A stretch of 64,000 nt of DNA, taken from assembly GCA_965249135.1 (NCBI GenBank), contig OZ252220.1, positions 832,001-896,000 on the forward strand, written 5' to 3'. The DNA is from Alphaproteobacteria bacterium. Its GTDB lineage: Bacteria; Pseudomonadota; Alphaproteobacteria; GCA-2746255. Position 1 is the stretch's first letter, and every line of letters begins with the position of its first letter. Below, piece by piece: positions 10,027 to 19,293 of this stretch. The position numbers were made by a program, and so were the translations under genes. The notes beneath the pieces are model-generated. The model was not told the origin of the DNA. It searched no databases and saw only the letters and a list, made by a program, of their open reading frames with translations.

Positions 10027-10361
10027 ACCTTCGGGTCCATCGGGTAGCGCGCGTAAAAGACGGTCGCCGTCGTATCCGTCTCCAGCTCGAAGGCCGTGCC
10101 GGCGGGCGCCCAGAAGATGTCCCCTGGTTCCGCCTCGTATTCCTTGCCTTCCGAACGGGACCGGTAGTGGCCGTCCAGCACGACGATGACCTCATCGAAG
10201 TCGTTTAGCGAATGGATCGTCTGCTTCTCCATCGTCATCACGCCTGCCCCGATCGTCTGACTCGCCTTCGTGCCCACCAGGCGGCGGATGCGGGTTCCCT
10301 CGAGGCCCCGCCACGGCTTCCATTCGCCCTCGCCTTTGCGAAAAAATTTCAGTCCAGACAT
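10011..10361 (-). CDS. EutQ-like cupin
   Basis: DEVIVVLDG and AEPGDIFWAPAG cupin motifs. Confidence 0.8.
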   Translation of the reverse strand: MSGLKFFRKGEGEWKPWRGLEGTRIRRLVGTKASQTIGAGVMTMEKQTIHSLNDFDEVIVVLDGHYRSRSEGKEYEAEPGDIFWAPAGTAFELETDTTATVFYARYPMDPKVEGEG

Positions 10362-10639
10362 GCCGCACTCCCCTAAATATCGAGTGAATCCCAGGCGATT
10401 CGCGGTATTTAAATACCTAATTCCCTGCCGCTTCCGCCAGGACCGTCCTCTTCAAATACTTGTGACAGGTTGTTATTCGCATAATCGGACGGGTTCGCCC
10501 AGATTGTGGCTCGGGCACCTCCGCCGGTCTTTCGTTTTTTTCGTCCGGACTCTCTTTGAGCTCCGGCAGGTCTGACGGTGGTCCGACTCGTTTGGTCCAC
10601 CAAGGGCTATTTGAGAGACAATTTGAGAGGATCTGTCTA

Positions 10640-11953
10640 ATGAAAAGATTTGGAAAGATCCTACAGGCGGGAGCGTTGGTTGTTGCGCTCGGTTTTGTGG
10701 GAGGAGAAGCGCTGGCTGAGGAGGTTCCGGAAGGGACGATCCTGAACGCGTCGAACATCAGCAAGCTGATGAAGGACGGCACGTTCCAGGGGATTCCCAT
10801 CAAGGACATGCTGAGCGAGCGGATGCCGGACATGATCAAGACCTACTCGATGACCTATCCGCTTGGTAAGCCGCTGGAGATGCGGTTTGACAAGGGCTGG
10901 GTTACCGAGACGGCGCGGAACGTCGACGTGCTTCACTACGACGCTTCCGCGAACGACGTGTACGGCAACGACTGCAATTGCGTCGAAGAGTGGCAGGGTG
11001 GCATGCCCTTCTCGGACATCCAGGTCGACGATCCGAATGGCGGCAACAAGTTCATTTGGAACATCTACCTTGGCGAGCCGAGTGGCAACATCACCTACTA
11101 CAACAAGTTCGGCTTCATCTGGATGAACAACAAGGGTGTCGAGCGCATTCAGCACTGGCAGTGGCTGCGTTGGTACAGCTCGGGCCGGTTCGATGGGCTT
11201 GGCATTCCGCGTGGCGGCATCCGGTACAAGACGATCATCAACGCGCGTTTCCCGAAAGACGTGAAGGGAACGGGCGTGTACTTTGTCCGTTACGACCAGA
11301 ACGGCAAGTACGACGACACCTATGCGTACATCCGTTCCGTGCGCCGCGTTCGGCGGCTGTCGGGTGGCGCGTGGATGGACCCGATTGGTGGTTCCGACTG
11401 GCTGCAAAGCGATGCGGAAAACATCAACGTGCATCCGTCCTGGTACCAGTCGTACAAGCTGGTGCGGCGGCAACCGGTGATCCAGAACATCCACAGCAAC
11501 GCGCTGGGGAGCTGGAAGCTGAACCAGTCCGGCACGAAGTTCGAGCATTTCCCGTACTTCGGGCTGGCCAACACGCCACCGTGGGATTTCACGACGGGGA
11601 TTCCGGGCATGGATCTGTATGCCCCCTATCCGTCCTATGCCGTCGAGGCGATTTCCTACGATGACCATCCCTACAGCCGGATGATGTGGTATGCACCGAT
11701 CGCTTTCCCGCGGGCCCAGTTCGTCGAGGCCTATGACCGGAAGGGGCAGTGGTGGAAGTTCTCGGACTACCATCTCGGCAACATCCCGGGTGAGGATGGC
11801 GAGTACGTGATGTCCTCGATCATCGGACACTTCTGTGACGTGCAGAACCTGCACTGCACGGGGTTCTATATGAACGAAGGCATTCGCTTCAACCCGATCG
11901 GGGTCACCGAAAACGACATCTCGGTGGCGCGTCTCGAGAAGGGCGGCGACTAA
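10640..11953 (+). CDS. DUF1329 (LolA-like periplasmic) protein, paralog 2
   Basis: GAGAGG RBS, signal peptide, WQGGMPF, YIRSVRRVRRLSGGAWMDPIGGSD, HPYSR, YDRKGQWWK. Confidence 0.85.
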   Translation: MKRFGKILQAGALVVALGFVGGEALAEEVPEGTILNASNISKLMKDGTFQGIPIKDMLSERMPDMIKTYSMTYPLGKPLEMRFDKGWVTETARNVDVLHYDASANDVYGNDCNCVEEWQGGMPFSDIQVDDPNGGNKFIWNIYLGEPSGNITYYNKFGFIWMNNKGVERIQHWQWLRWYSSGRFDGLGIPRGGIRYKTIINARFPKDVKGTGVYFVRYDQNGKYDDTYAYIRSVRRVRRLSGGAWMDPIGGSDWLQSDAENINVHPSWYQSYKLVRRQPVIQNIHSNALGSWKLNQSGTKFEHFPYFGLANTPPWDFTTGIPGMDLYAPYPSYAVEAISYDDHPYSRMMWYAPIAFPRAQFVEAYDRKGQWWKFSDYHLGNIPGEDGEYVMSSIIGHFCDVQNLHCTGFYMNEGIRFNPIGVTENDISVARLEKGGD

Positions 11954-11977
11954 ACGAAAATCCTTCGTTTAAAGATC

Positions 11978-12013
11978 ACTGGCGGGGCTCAGAAGGCTCC
12001 GCCAGTTTTTTTT
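11978..12013 (+). terminator. Rho-independent terminator
   Basis: ACTGGCGGGGC-loop-GCTCCGCCAGT followed by a T run. Confidence 0.85.
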
Positions 12014-12114
12014 ATGCGCAATTCCCCTTTTACACCCGCCCCTTTGCGTCGGATCGAAGGCGGCATTGAAGACCGCCCCACGAGGCTTCAGAATGGCTTT
12101 GAAGGGAAACAGCG

Positions 12115-12987
12115 ATGGGCGAAGCTCGGTTCCAGGGAAGGTTGGATGACGTAAAGGCGGATCGCCGCCACGGGGCGGGCGAGCTCGCGCGTCTTTCCTT
12201 ACAAATCCTTTCCGAATCTGCAAAGACGGCAGAAGTGGGTTGCGGGCCGGCGTTGAAGCAAACTCTTCTCAAGCGCGCCGATCGCCTGATCCAGGCACGG
12301 CCCAGCATGGTGGCGATCGGGAACCTGCTTGGCCTTTTCAAGGAACGCTTAGGTCCCGCGCCGGACGGCAACCTTGCCGCCTTTCGCGCATTCGCCGCCG
12401 CCCAAGCAAACGCGCTGATCCATGAATCCGAAACCGCCGCCTCCCAGGCGGCTGCCCACGCCGCCGCCGCACTTGGCGAAAGAAGCGTCGTTTTTACCCA
12501 CAGCCTGAGCTCGACGGTCCTTTACGTCTTCCAAGACTTGAAGGAACTGGGCGTGCGCGCGATCGTGACCGAGTCGCGCCCCCTTTTCGAAGGCCATGCC
12601 CTTGCCGAACGGCTTTCGAAATGGGCGATCCCGACAACGCTGATCACGGATGCCGAAATCGGCCTCTTCACTAGGCAAGCGGACGCCGTCCTCGTCGGCG
12701 CAGACGCGGTGCTTAGTGACGGCTCCGTCCTGAACAAAGTCGGCACCTACCCGCTCGCCCTTGCCGCCTTTGATCACGGCATCCCCTTCTTCGTCTGTGC
12801 AGAAGGATTCAAATGGGCGGCGGACGACGGGGAGGCGGGCGAGCTCGAGGCGATGGACCCGGCCGAGCTGGGCGCGCCGGCCCTTGCCCATGTCACCGTC
12901 CGGAACGTCTATTTCGATCGAACCCCTTCCCGGCTGATCACCGCCTACTTCAACGAGAAGGGCCGGATCGAAGGAGCTGCACCATGA
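12115..12987 (+). CDS. eIF-2B alpha/beta/delta family protein (IF-2B fold)
   Basis: HGAGELAR, ARPSM, ESRPLFEG, GADAV...NKVGT, NVYFDRTP. Confidence 0.85.
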   Translation: MGEARFQGRLDDVKADRRHGAGELARLSLQILSESAKTAEVGCGPALKQTLLKRADRLIQARPSMVAIGNLLGLFKERLGPAPDGNLAAFRAFAAAQANALIHESETAASQAAAHAAAALGERSVVFTHSLSSTVLYVFQDLKELGVRAIVTESRPLFEGHALAERLSKWAIPTTLITDAEIGLFTRQADAVLVGADAVLSDGSVLNKVGTYPLALAAFDHGIPFFVCAEGFKWAADDGEAGELEAMDPAELGAPALAHVTVRNVYFDRTPSRLITAYFNEKGRIEGAAP

Positions 12988-13367
12988 ACACAGGCCCTTC
13001 CCCTGCTGTCAGGGACTGGGTCGGTCGGCCCGGTCCTTTTTTGCTTGCCTGGGGTTTGCCGGCCTTGTTGTGGATCGCCGGCATCGCGCTTGCCGATCAT
13101 CGAACCGGCCTTTGGTTCTTCGCCCTTTGCTGGATGGGCGCCGCCTGTCTTTTGAACGCGGCGCGCTGTGGGCGGCGGCATTGTTACTTCACCGGGCCAT
13201 TCTTCTTGAGCCTTGCCGTCGCCACGCTGCTGCACGGGACGGGCGTGCTTTCGCTCGGCGCAAACGGCTGGCTTTGGCTCGGCCTGCTCACGCTCGCAGG
13301 CGGCGGCCTGCTTTGGTGGTTGCCGGAACGCCTAAAAGGCAGGTTCGTAGGCCTCCCTCCGTGCTAG
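12984..13367 (+). CDS. Small 4-TM membrane protein with CxxNAxRCGRxHC motif
   Basis: ATGA overlap with the upstream gene, hydrophobic helices, CLLNAARCGRRHCYFTGPFF. Confidence 0.7.
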   Translation: MNTGPSPAVRDWVGRPGPFLLAWGLPALLWIAGIALADHRTGLWFFALCWMGAACLLNAARCGRRHCYFTGPFFLSLAVATLLHGTGVLSLGANGWLWLGLLTLAGGGLLWWLPERLKGRFVGLPPC

Positions 13368-13388
13368 GCTTCACCACGGAGAAAAACT

Positions 13389-13838
13389 TTGCCGCACGTC
13401 TTCGAAATCGAGCGCCTTGTCGATGCCCCGGTCACGAAGGCTTGGCCGGTCGTCTCCGACGTCGTCGGCTATGCGGACGTCGCCCCCAATTTAAGCCGGG
13501 CGGAAGTCGTAAGCGGCGAAGGCCAGGGCATGGTGCGGCGCTGTTACGACACGAAGGGCAAGGGCTGGAACGAAACCTGCTCGCTTTGGGAGGAAGGCTA
13601 TCGTTACCAGATGGTCGTCGACACCGCCGCGCCGGACTACCCCTATCCCATGAAAGCGATGCAGGGCGCCTGGAGCGTCGAGCCTGCCGGTGACGCGACG
13701 CGCATCCGCATGCGTTTCGAATACACGTTGAAAGGCGGACCGCTCGGCAAGCTGATGGGCTTCCTGATGCGTCCCGTCTTCGCGAAGGTCTGCAACGAGC
13801 TTCTCGACAATTGGGAGAAGAAGATCCTTGGCAAATAA
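13389..13838 (+). CDS. SRPBCC/polyketide cyclase-like protein
   Basis: GGAG plus TTG start; START-fold pattern (APVTKAW...GMVRRC...GAWSVEP). Confidence 0.75.
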   Translation: MPHVFEIERLVDAPVTKAWPVVSDVVGYADVAPNLSRAEVVSGEGQGMVRRCYDTKGKGWNETCSLWEEGYRYQMVVDTAAPDYPYPMKAMQGAWSVEPAGDATRIRMRFEYTLKGGPLGKLMGFLMRPVFAKVCNELLDNWEKKILGK

Positions 13839-13851
13839 AACCCGATGCGTC

Positions 13852-14424
13852 CTAGCTTTCGACCTTCAACTCGGCGTCGAGGCGGATTGGCTGAGAGACG
13901 TTGAAGTAGTTGGGCGAGGTCCGCATCACGTTCTCGTGGATTTCCTGGAACTGCTCGGCCGTGCCGTTTCCCTTGATCCGCACGACGTACTGGATGGAAT
14001 CATAACCAGGCTTCACGTTCTCATCGAGCCCTAAGAAGCCGCGAAGATCAAGCTCGCCGGAGGTCTCGATCTCGAGCCTTTCGAGCGTGATGCCGTTCAC
14101 CGCCGCGCCCGCCACGTAGCCGACCAGGATGCAGGCGTTCAACGCCGTCATCAGGACTTCCTGGGGGTTCGGCGCGGTGTTCCCGCCCAAGAGTTCGAAG
14201 GGCTCGTCGACCGGAATCGTGAAACTCCGTTTCACCTCTTCGCCACCGATCCTGTAGGACTCGACACGCGTTTCGCTCTTCGTCTGGCCCTTCCAGGCCG
14301 AGGTCACCCGAAAGGCGACCTTCGCCTTCGACGGGTCCTTCTGAATTTCCTCGACGACGTTGGCAAGCGCGTCCAGGTCGAGCCCGTTCACCCGGCTTTC
14401 GGCCTTTGTCTCGGCTTCGGCCAC
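13852..14424 (-). CDS. OsmC family protein
   Basis: GAGGAGG plus GTG; DEPFELLGGNTAPNPQE, ALNAC, GELDLRGFLG, TSP. Confidence 0.88.
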   Translation of the reverse strand: MAEAETKAESRVNGLDLDALANVVEEIQKDPSKAKVAFRVTSAWKGQTKSETRVESYRIGGEEVKRSFTIPVDEPFELLGGNTAPNPQEVLMTALNACILVGYVAGAAVNGITLERLEIETSGELDLRGFLGLDENVKPGYDSIQYVVRIKGNGTAEQFQEIHENVMRTSPNYFNVSQPIRLDAELKVES

Positions 14425-14501
14425 CGCTTCCTCCTCTTTGATACCGGTTTCTTGTTCGCTTAAGCCCTTATACTGCGGAAAGCCGGGGAATAGAAGAAGG
14501 G

Positions 14502-15395
14502 CTAGCGCCGCCAGTCCCCATGCTCCTGAAGCCATTCCTCCGTGAAGGTCTCGGCGATGGCGATCTCGGTGGCCGTCATCTCAGCCGCGATCCTGTCCCG
14601 CGCCGCAACCGCGCCCCTAAAGCCCTGGTCGAGCGCGATGCTGAACCACTGATAGGCCTGGATCGCATCCTTCGGGCCGCCGCGCCCTTGCGCATGGATT
14701 TCGCCCAGGTCGAACTGGGCGAAGACGTAGCCCTGCTCGGCCGCCTTATTGAGCCATTCGATGGCAAGCTTTGCATCCTTCGCCACCCCGTTGCCTTCAA
14801 GCAGGTGCGTGCCAAGGCGATGCTGGGCGGCGGCCTGGCCCTGCTTCGCCGCCTTGCCAAACCAGCGAACGGCTTCCTCTTGGTCCTCCGCCACCCCCTT
14901 CCCCTGGCTGTAGGCGAGGCCCAGATTGTGCTGGGCGAAGACGAAGCCCTGGTCGGCGGCTTTCTCGAACCACTTCATGGCCTCTTCCAGACTTTTCTCG
15001 ACGCCGATCCCTTGCGCATGGAAGACGCCCATGTTGCCTTGGGCCTCGACGAGCCCCTGATCGGCCGCCTTGCGGACCCAGGCGATGGCCTTTTCTGCGT
15101 CCGGCGGCACGCCGCGCCCGCGCGCGTAAGCAAGGCCGAGTTTGTTCTGGGCATGGGCATAGCCCTGATCGGCGGCCTTGCGGAAACGCCGCGTCGCCTC
15201 CCCATAGCTTTGCCGGACGCCGCGGCCGTCCTCGTAGCGAAGGCCGAGCTTATAAAGCGCCGCCGGATCGCCGGCTTCCGCCTTCGTGACTAGGCTCTCG
15301 ACACTTTCTTCCGCGCCGGAGCTTATGTACTGGGTGACGGCGAAGACAAGCGCCGCCGCTACCAGCACGCCCACCCATGGCAGCACCTTCTTCAC
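14502..15395 (-). CDS. Sel1-repeat (TPR) protein
   Basis: Repeated AQxxLGxxYxxGxGV...A..W..KAA.QG units; N-terminal TM/signal. Confidence 0.9.
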   Translation of the reverse strand: MKKVLPWVGVLVAAALVFAVTQYISSGAEESVESLVTKAEAGDPAALYKLGLRYEDGRGVRQSYGEATRRFRKAADQGYAHAQNKLGLAYARGRGVPPDAEKAIAWVRKAADQGLVEAQGNMGVFHAQGIGVEKSLEEAMKWFEKAADQGFVFAQHNLGLAYSQGKGVAEDQEEAVRWFGKAAKQGQAAAQHRLGTHLLEGNGVAKDAKLAIEWLNKAAEQGYVFAQFDLGEIHAQGRGGPKDAIQAYQWFSIALDQGFRGAVAARDRIAAEMTATEIAIAETFTEEWLQEHGDWRR

Positions 15396-16099
15396 GGGCG
15401 TTGTCGGCGCTCCCAAAGACGCCAGGCCACCCAAAGATTGACCAGCAAGAAGAGTGGGACGCCGAACATCGGCGCGTTCGACATCGGATAGGTGAAGGCG
15501 GCGCGGGCGTCCGGCAGGCTAGTGAACAGCTGAAGCGGACCGGGAAGCCCGAGCTGCAACACGATCGGGGCGCCCGGCACGATGACCAGGATGCCGATCA
15601 GATTCCAGATGAGGAAGCCCCGCTCGCTCAACCGGCCCCGCCTCGCCTGTGCTGCGATCCAAAGCGCCGAAAGCCCGAACAAAAAGTCCGGGACACCGAC
15701 GACGAACTCGAAGGAGGCCGGAAATTCTCCGATCCACGTCTTATAGGCCGTTCCGATCGCGGCGATGCGAAGCGCGTGAAAGGTGGCGAACCAGTGCATG
15801 GGCGTCGCATCGACGATCCCGCGCATGGCTGCGCGCAAATCCTTGAACAGGAGAACGGGAAGAAGACCTACGAGAAACGGAAACGCAAGCAGGGTTGGCA
15901 TCCAAAGGATCAGCCACTCCTCCAGAAAGAACCCGCGGGCGCCAAGCACGCTTGCGAGGACGCCGTAAGCGGTGAACCAAAGAAGGAGTCCGAAGATGGG
16001 GCCTGGCTTGATGGCCCCCTTGCGGCCGGCCCGCCAGGCCAGCAGCAGCACGAAACCGAGCTCGGCGGCCAGCAGAAAGGGGATGAGCGAAAGTTGCAT
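15392..16099 (-). CDS. Integral membrane protein
   Basis: Multiple TM helices, good codon usage, operonic GTGA overlap. Confidence 0.65.
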   Translation of the reverse strand: MQLSLIPFLLAAELGFVLLLAWRAGRKGAIKPGPIFGLLLWFTAYGVLASVLGARGFFLEEWLILWMPTLLAFPFLVGLLPVLLFKDLRAAMRGIVDATPMHWFATFHALRIAAIGTAYKTWIGEFPASFEFVVGVPDFLFGLSALWIAAQARRGRLSERGFLIWNLIGILVIVPGAPIVLQLGLPGPLQLFTSLPDARAAFTYPMSNAPMFGVPLFLLVNLWVAWRLWERRQRP

Positions 16100-16119
16100 G
16101 AGCGGACCTTACCCGAAGA

Positions 16120-17181
16120 CTAAACCCCGACGCAGTCGAGCACGACCCGCCCCAGCACTTCTCCTGCGCGCAGGTCGTCCAGCGTCCGGCTTGCCTGATC
16201 CAGCGGGCGCGTCTCAAGCGGGATCGGATCGACGCGGCCCGCCTTCACCAGGTCGAGCATCTCTTTCGTCTCCGAAAGCGACCCCACATAGGAGCCGATG
16301 AGCGAGATCGCCCGCAGCGGAAACATCGGGATCGGCATGGAAAAGCGTCCGCCGAAGAGACCGACGATGACGACCTTGCCTCCCTTTCGCGCGACCCGGT
16401 TCGCAAATCCAAGGCTTGCCTCGGAGCCCACGAAATCGATCGCGGCGGCCACGCCCCCCTTCGTCTCCTTCAACAGGCGTTTTGCGGCGTCTTCTTCCGA
16501 CGTGTTGGTGACAAGCGCCGCCCCGGCCTTCGCGGCCACTTTGAGCTTCCGTTCATCGACGTCGGCCCCGATTAGTTGGGCCTTGGGGAAAAGCGCGCGC
16601 GCGAACTGAAGCCCCATCATGCCGACGCCGCCAAGACCGACGATGGCAATTGCTTCGCCTTCGCCTACGTCTCCGATTTTCTTCAAGGCACTGAAGGCGG
16701 TGAGGCCCGAGCACATAGTGGTCGCGGCCAGGTCCGCAGGAATCCCCTCATGGTCGAGCAGGTAGCGCGGGTGCGGCACCAGCACGTGGTCGCTGTAGCC
16801 GCCGTCCAAATTGACGCCAAGGGCGCGAGGCTGGTTGCACATATGCTCCCAGCCTCCTTTACAGACCGCGCATTCGCCGCAACCGATCCAGGGGAAGACG
16901 ACGCACTTCTCGCCGACGCTCACCCCCTTTGCTTGCTCCCCTATTGCGGCGACCTCGCCCTCGATCTCGTGGCCAAGGGTGAAGGGAAGTGCGTGCAGCC
17001 CGGTCGTGTCCAGCTTCTTCTCGAGCCCGAGTGAGAAATAGCCGTCATGGAGATGCACGTCCGAGTGACAGACGCCGCAATGGGCGACGCGTAGGAGGAC
17101 TTCCGTGCCCTTTGGGGCCGGATCCGCCTTCACGACGGCCTCGAGCGGCGCGCCGTGCGCGACGATCACCTGGCTTTTCAA
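16120..17181 (-). CDS. Zn-dependent alcohol dehydrogenase (MDR)
   Basis: CHSD, GHE, CGECAVC...C, GLGGVG. Confidence 0.93.
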   Translation of the reverse strand: MKSQVIVAHGAPLEAVVKADPAPKGTEVLLRVAHCGVCHSDVHLHDGYFSLGLEKKLDTTGLHALPFTLGHEIEGEVAAIGEQAKGVSVGEKCVVFPWIGCGECAVCKGGWEHMCNQPRALGVNLDGGYSDHVLVPHPRYLLDHEGIPADLAATTMCSGLTAFSALKKIGDVGEGEAIAIVGLGGVGMMGLQFARALFPKAQLIGADVDERKLKVAAKAGAALVTNTSEEDAAKRLLKETKGGVAAAIDFVGSEASLGFANRVARKGGKVVIVGLFGGRFSMPIPMFPLRAISLIGSYVGSLSETKEMLDLVKAGRVDPIPLETRPLDQASRTLDDLRAGEVLGRVVLDCVGV

Positions 17182-17220
17182 AGCACGCCTCCCCTCGCCT
17201 GTACCGATCTTAACCGCCGG

Positions 17221-17532
17221 TTATTTCTTCTCGCCGTGCATTTCCTCGACGTGTTGGCGCATACGCTCTCCACGGTGGCCTTTAGGATGGCCATAACGGC
17301 CATCCTGCATCCCTTCCATGAACCCGTGCATCCCCTTGCCCATCATGTGATGGCCAGAGACGGCCATATAGCCGCCGGCAAGGACGGGCAAGGCCGCGAG
17401 CACGAAGATCCAGATGGCCAGGATGCGGCCAAATTTGCCAAGCGTCCCTTCCGCCTTGCCGGCGGCGAAAAGGACGAAATAACCGACCGTCACGATCACC
17501 GTTCCTAAGATCAAGCCGCATAAGATGAACAT
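17221..17532 (-). CDS. Small 2-TM protein with His/Met-rich tail
   Basis: AAGGAGG RBS; two TM helices then HHMMGKGMHGFM...H. Confidence 0.65.
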   Translation of the reverse strand: MFILCGLILGTVIVTVGYFVLFAAGKAEGTLGKFGRILAIWIFVLAALPVLAGGYMAVSGHHMMGKGMHGFMEGMQDGRYGHPKGHRGERMRQHVEEMHGEKK

Positions 17533-17600
17533 CGCTTCCTCCTTAAACCCTTTTGCAGGGCATTGTTTTTCGCCGGAATCATCCCATATAGAACCATAGA

Positions 17601-17771
17601 ATGAAAGTTGACGCCAAATCCATAGACACCGTCTGCGAACGCCCCGATGAGGCGGAGGTGAGGCAGCGCGCCTGCCTCATGTGCGCGGAACTCTTCGAGA
17701 GCGCCTGGGCGGGCGAGCGTATCTGTACAAAATGCAAATCCCGCTCCGGCTGGCGCGGGGGCCGCGGCTGA
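17601..17771 (+). CDS. Small zinc-finger protein, 56 aa
   Basis: Below the ORF cutoff: MKVDAK...RACLMCAELFESAWAGERICTKCKSRSGWRG, with CxxC...CxxC. Confidence 0.75.
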   Translation: MKVDAKSIDTVCERPDEAEVRQRACLMCAELFESAWAGERICTKCKSRSGWRGGRG

Positions 17772-17797
17772 CCGCCCCTCGACGATAGCTAGCAGAA

Positions 17798-18022
17798 GTG
17801 AATAAAATGAATATTGAGGATGTGTTTAAGCTAGTCGAGGATGGAAAGATCACCGAAGCCAAAGCTCTGATGAAGACATTGATTGAGAAAGCAAAGAATG
17901 AGCCCGATGAATTCATAATCAATGCCGACCGTTCGGTCGTTTACAAGCGCCGCGGGAAGCTCGTCGTACAGGATGAAGGTGGCAATTGGAAACTCAAAAA
18001 CCCTCCCCAGCGGAAAAGATAA
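17798..18022 (+). CDS. Hypothetical low-GC protein
   Basis: 74-aa AT-rich ORF between imperfect direct repeats. Confidence 0.5.
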   Translation: MNKMNIEDVFKLVEDGKITEAKALMKTLIEKAKNEPDEFIINADRSVVYKRRGKLVVQDEGGNWKLKNPPQRKR

Positions 18023-18109
18023 AGAGTCGCTCTAAACGCTGACCGCCCATTGACGGCCCACACCTTGCCGTCTACCTCGGCGTGCCGATCCCACCCAAAT
18101 TACCACACG

Positions 18110-19104
18110 TCATTCTTTTTCCACTTCCGGCGTGTCATGCTCCCAAATCGACATGTCAATGTCGGGAAAAACGTGCAGCATGTTGGTCTCGTCTTCTGGA
18201 GTCAAAGAAAGGACTAGGCTCGCAAGTATGCCCCGACCAATTTTCACATGTTTGTGCAGTTCATTGAATTCATCGTACTTCACACTTCCGCTTCCCATAT
18301 ATGCATCGAATCCTTTAAATGGAAACTCGTGATGCAGCAGCAAGATCGGGAATATAAAGCTCGCGTACATAAAGATCGTACCCACTGATCCTCCCGATTT
18401 GTCGCCCCACATACCAAGCCAACTCTCGTCATCATACTTCGCCTTAAGCGGTATGGCGGTGATCATGCCACCCATAAAACTTGGGTGGATCATTGACGAG
18501 AGATCTTTTTTCGAGCTATTGCCCCAATTCGAAAACCATTCCGCCGTTTCACGGTCCCCCTCTCCGAAAAAAATTCTTGCCATGACGCCGGCATCTTTTT
18601 CCGAATCCCGCCACGCCGAAGATGGGTTTTCCAAAATTCATCTGCCGCCTCTGGCTCGCCAGTATTTACGAATTCCCCTGCCAACTGAGGCTCGCTTAGG
18701 ATCGCTATTGGCAATTCCATATATTCCGAAGCCGGGCGCAGCAACGTCCTTGCTGACGCGTCGAAGCCGAGAAAAATCAAGTGACGGATTGCGGTGGAGT
18801 CGCCGATGATTTTCATCAGTAACATCACTACAGACCTATCGAAGTTCGTAAACTCAGCTGTTCCCCGTCGTTCAGGTTAGAAGATAGTGAAAAGGCTTAG
18901 TTGCCAACTAATGAATTCGTCAAGGATAGCCACCCAGAGATCAACGTAAGGCATATCGAGTTTGGCATTTCGCTGCATAGAATGCTCGACAAGCTCGCTG
19001 ACGGCAATCCCCATGCGCTGGTCGTCAGCAAGCTCACAACCATGTTCTTCCCATCTCTCCCGCAAATAGGTTTCAAGGTTATTCTTGGTAAACATGCTCG
19101 ACAT
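18110..19104 (-). pseudogene. Low-GC DUF5677/HEPN-like protein, disrupted
   Basis: Three ORFs join into one by reading through TAA 18877-18879 and removing one base from the A7 run at 18567-18573. Motifs ARTLLR...E and LSSMIHPS. Confidence 0.6.
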
Positions 19105-19293
19105 TCTCCGTCCCAAAGTTCGATGCCACACCGCATCACCCAGACAGGGCGCATACTATCATTTCCGAATGGTAGAGGGCTGGAATAAGACCGACTCGCA
19201 AAGCGGGTTTTATGTGACTCGAGCCCGTTCATGAAAAGGCGTAGGCTGATGGATGCGTTGCGCGCGCGTCTTCTTTGTTCGGGGGGGAACATC

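Noticed and set aside
10470-10639. Long leader of DUF1329 paralog 2 as a riboswitch
   Set aside because: Hairpins and a U-run are present, but there is no aptamer consensus I can recognise; it needs an Infernal/Rfam scan.
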